Shown here: piece by piece, positions 17,237-20,000 of the stretch
Position numbering within the stretch: the first letter of the stretch is position 1
Layout: each line of letters starts with the position of its first letter
Virus record (IMG/VR): IMGVR_UViG_3300048552_000127
Direction: 5' to 3' (one strand)
DNA: 20,000 nt
Source of the DNA: an uncultured virus (IMG/VR IMGVR_UViG_3300048552_000127)
Lineage: Duplodnaviria > Heunggongvirae > Uroviricota > Caudoviricetes
Notes under the pieces: generated by a model
Database searches by the model: none
The model's input: the letters and a program-made list of their open reading frames with translations, nothing else
Told to the model about the DNA's origin: nothing
Program-made: the position numbers and the translations under genes

Positions 17237-17892
17237 TATTTATTCTCCTGATCTTTGTTAAGTTCTGCTAGTTTTTCAACTAATGTAAGAGGTTTTGCAC
17301 TTGCTTTATCAATCTCTGCTTCACCGTCTATACCTTCTTCTGTAAAACCTGCTTCTTTCTTAGCAGCCTTTTGAATCTCATCTTTGTTAGCATGTAATTC
17401 ATCGAATGCTTTGATAATAGCTTCACGCTCTGTAACTTCCACACTTTGCAATGCTTTAGTAATTCCTTCTACTTCTGAGAACTCATACTTAGATAGGCTT
17501 TCAGTTAAACTCTTAGTTAGCTGCTCTGTTTGATTATCTTCAATCTGCTTAGTGAGTGCTGCGATAGTATCTAATGCCTTTTGCAAGTCATCTTTTTCTT
17601 TATCTGACATTTCGTTTCCTTTTGTCAAGTTATCTTCCCCTGCATCACTCTTGACAGAGGAGAGGGAGTTGGTATCACCCTTCTGCTTTTGCAGAGGAGT
17701 AAATTCTTCGCCATACTTTTCTAATAGGGCTGTTTGTTCTGGGGTTAAATCTTCTTTACATGTTAATCTATTCTTTACTAGAATAGTCTCCATGCCTGAT
17801 GCTGCAAAACCTTGAGATTCATCTGTCATTGATATTTCAGATATATCCAGACTATGCAAAACTGCCTTTGCTTTACCGTTTGAATCACTCAT
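17236..17892 (-). CDS. scaffold protein
   Basis: Acidic coiled-coil with many x-K-A/S motifs; N-terminal LHSLDISEISMTDESQGFAASG segment; GGAG RBS. Confidence 0.8.
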   Translation of the reverse strand: MSDSNGKAKAVLHSLDISEISMTDESQGFAASGMETILVKNRLTCKEDLTPEQTALLEKYGEEFTPLQKQKGDTNSLSSVKSDAGEDNLTKGNEMSDKEKDDLQKALDTIAALTKQIEDNQTEQLTKSLTESLSKYEFSEVEGITKALQSVEVTEREAIIKAFDELHANKDEIQKAAKKEAGFTEEGIDGEAEIDKASAKPLTLVEKLAELNKDQENK

Positions 17893-18637
17893 CTTCTAAC
17901 TCCACTTTAATACCTTTTGCTCCAAAAGAAGGTGCGCCTAATATACCCGCTTTCTTATCTTCCCAAGCAATCTTGTTATTCCATTTAGCAGAGATAAGAG
18001 GTGTTCCTGCTTTAACAAAAGTCTCACCTAATGTAGCATCAACCTCTTGCACCCAAGCTCTTTGCCAAGTGAAAGTATCTGTCTTATGTCCGTGGAATAA
18101 ACCAGCCTGTAATTCACCTTTATCTATCTTCTGATTGATGTCGTCTACAGCTTTTCTTATTTCTTCTAAGGAGATTGTGTCTCCATGTAAATCAACTTCC
18201 CCAGCAGGTCGCCAGATAGGTTCTACAGAGATCATCTGCTCATCATCAAAAGCTTTGATAACTTCTTTCTTAGTGAAGTATTTATCTAGCCAAGTAAATA
18301 AACTCTTCTCTGTCATTTCAGTCGGAGTTTCTGGTAATAGTTTCCACTCTGTCATCTGTACAGTTTTAATTGCTTCTTCGCCTAGTACAACTTCACCATT
18401 GTCTGTGTTGTATGTATAAGCTACCGCCCATTGCATGTATTTGTTAGATTCACAACCCCAGATAGAGAAGTATATATAACTATCATCGTGGTCTTCGTAA
18501 TAGGCATATTCTCTACAACCCCCTACTTCAAAAGCTGAATCAATAGCATCTCTAAGTTGCCTGACTTTATCTTGATTAGTATTCTTCTGTAGATAAGTCT
18601 CGTTGGGCTTAACTAACAGTTCTTTAAGTTTTATCAT
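17885..18637 (-). CDS. prohead protease (XkdF-like serine protease domain)
   Basis: EVDLHGDTISLEEIRKA, GLFH, VKAGT, AWEDKKAGILGAPSFGA motifs in the C-terminal half. Confidence 0.82.
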   Translation of the reverse strand: MIKLKELLVKPNETYLQKNTNQDKVRQLRDAIDSAFEVGGCREYAYYEDHDDSYIYFSIWGCESNKYMQWAVAYTYNTDNGEVVLGEEAIKTVQMTEWKLLPETPTEMTEKSLFTWLDKYFTKKEVIKAFDDEQMISVEPIWRPAGEVDLHGDTISLEEIRKAVDDINQKIDKGELQAGLFHGHKTDTFTWQRAWVQEVDATLGETFVKAGTPLISAKWNNKIAWEDKKAGILGAPSFGAKGIKVELEDE

Positions 18638-18645
18638 TTATCACC

Positions 18646-20000
18646 TTATGAAGCATTTTCATTATTAGTATCACTTCCCAGTCCATTATTCTGAGTAGAG
18701 CCATTTCCTGATCCTTCTGAAGAACTAGGGTTGCTTAGTGCTGCGAAGTCAATATCTTCCAAACCCTCTGTTGGTAGTCCGAGGTCTTCGTATATTTTCG
18801 TAGTTGCTGCTAAGGTTAGTATACCTCCGCTGGCTAATCTGCTAGCTAACTTACCTAACACCTCTGAATCAGCTTTAGTGGGATCATCTGCCTCAAAATA
18901 TGGCATGTCTTCATAATCAACTTGGATACCGTTAGCTTCTAAAAGCATTGGTAGTAATTGATTATTGATTACATCTTCTACCCACATGATTAATCTTTGC
19001 ACATAATAATCATGTGTAGACATTTGATTAGAGGATAAGGCATTAGAGCCATGTCCATTCTGACCAAGCAGCTTAAACCCTGCTCCAAATACGTTATAGA
19101 TACATTTCTTTTTAGTTTCTATAATCTCAGAAGTGGTATACTGTTTACCACCACCATCTATACCTTTAACTTGGAAGTCGTACATCTTGGTCTTGGATTG
19201 TGGGTCTACATCACTAGCAAGTACTACTAAGTTACCTTCTGCATTCTGAACATTAACTGCATTCTCTAGGAGAGACATATATGATGCGTATTCTTCTGGA
19301 AATAGTTCAGGCTGTGCAGCTTTATTCATTAACTCTAGTGGAAGGTAGACAATACCTACCCCGCCTAAGTCTTTACTTGCTGCCATTAACTCGTACTGTT
19401 CTATTAACTTCTTCTCTGAGTAAGCATCATAACAATAGAACAATGGGCTATACCCTTGTGGATTATTATCAGAAGGGTTAAACCTAAAATGTAATAGCTT
19501 CTCTGATCTAAGAAAAGGATATTTACTGTCTTGGTAATACCCAGAGGCTACAGATGTAAAAGATATTTTATTATCTGAATAATCACCTATTGTAGAAATC
19601 CTACTGGAAATTTTCATAGGCTTCTGTATAGCACCTTTCAACTCCCTACCCTTGTCATCCCACACCCAGCCATAAATACTAGACTGTGTTCTTGGGGCAA
19701 GTTTCTTCAATACTACTGTGTCTTTATATTTCCCATAAGTTCTATATTCTAAGACAGGGTTAATCAAGGCATATCCATGTATCAAACATGATGAAGCGTT
19801 TTGCATTGCCTCTAGCCACGTCCCTTGTGACATATTCCTTATAATATAATTTAACCTCTCTGCCAGTTCTTTAGATTTATCTGACTTAGGTTTAGCCTTC
19901 ACAACTCCTTTTGCTAAAGCAGGAAGTGTCTTAACTAAGATACTATCCACTGCATCTGCAACGTCTGCATCATTCAACATCTCTTTAAATGTACAAGGGA
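18646..20000 (-). CDS. portal protein, 5' end beyond the window
   Basis: The frame stays open past 19980 (PCTFKEMLNDADVA); KKLAPRTQSS, NPQGYSPL, KGIDGGGKQY, GSNALS motifs; upstream of the protease gene. Confidence 0.9.
   Translation of the reverse strand, partial: PCTFKEMLNDADVADAVDSILVKTLPALAKGVVKAKPKSDKSKELAERLNYIIRNMSQGTWLEAMQNASSCLIHGYALINPVLEYRTYGKYKDTVVLKKLAPRTQSSIYGWVWDDKGRELKGAIQKPMKISSRISTIGDYSDNKISFTSVASGYYQDSKYPFLRSEKLLHFRFNPSDNNPQGYSPLFYCYDAYSEKKLIEQYELMAASKDLGGVGIVYLPLELMNKAAQPELFPEEYASYMSLLENAVNVQNAEGNLVVLASDVDPQSKTKMYDFQVKGIDGGGKQYTTSEIIETKKKCIYNVFGAGFKLLGQNGHGSNALSSNQMSTHDYYVQRLIMWVEDVINNQLLPMLLEANGIQVDYEDMPYFEADDPTKADSEVLGKLASRLASGGILTLAATTKIYEDLGLPTEGLEDIDFAALSNPSSSEGSGNGSTQNNGLGSDTNNENAS

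Noticed and set aside
17885..17900. Frameshift fusion of protease and scaffold
   Set aside because: An in-frame TAG lies just before the scaffold ATG, no slippery run is present, and the scaffold has its own RBS.
1..20000. Stop-codon recoding, introns or inteins
   Set aside because: Genes tile densely at expected lengths with TAA, TAG and TGA all used as stops; no interrupted gene or homing endonuclease motif was seen.

Overview
This window is the virion morphogenesis operon of an AT-rich contractile-tailed phage (myovirus morphology). All genes are on the - strand and use the standard code. Reading right to left: portal (5'-truncated), XkdF-type prohead protease, scaffold, head decoration protein, major capsid protein, terminator, four neck genes plus an unlisted 54-aa ORF, sheath, tube, tail assembly chaperone with a -1 frameshift extension, tape measure, six baseplate genes, a short fibre-anchor-like protein, tail fibre and its chaperone, a small membrane protein, a probable holin, a structured intergenic element, a TM/coiled-coil protein, and the first 18 codons of an ORF resembling the start of a response-regulator receiver domain. 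Gene order and motifs recall rV5/PAK_P1/ICP1-type myoviruses, judged from motif recall with no search run. No integrase, endolysin, tRNA, CRISPR array or transposase is visible. Most notable: (1) the receiver-like ORF overlapping a membrane protein next to the holin, (2) a three-part frameshift signal, (3) two G-U-supported RNA structures, and (4) repeated candidate docking and cleavage motifs in virion proteins.
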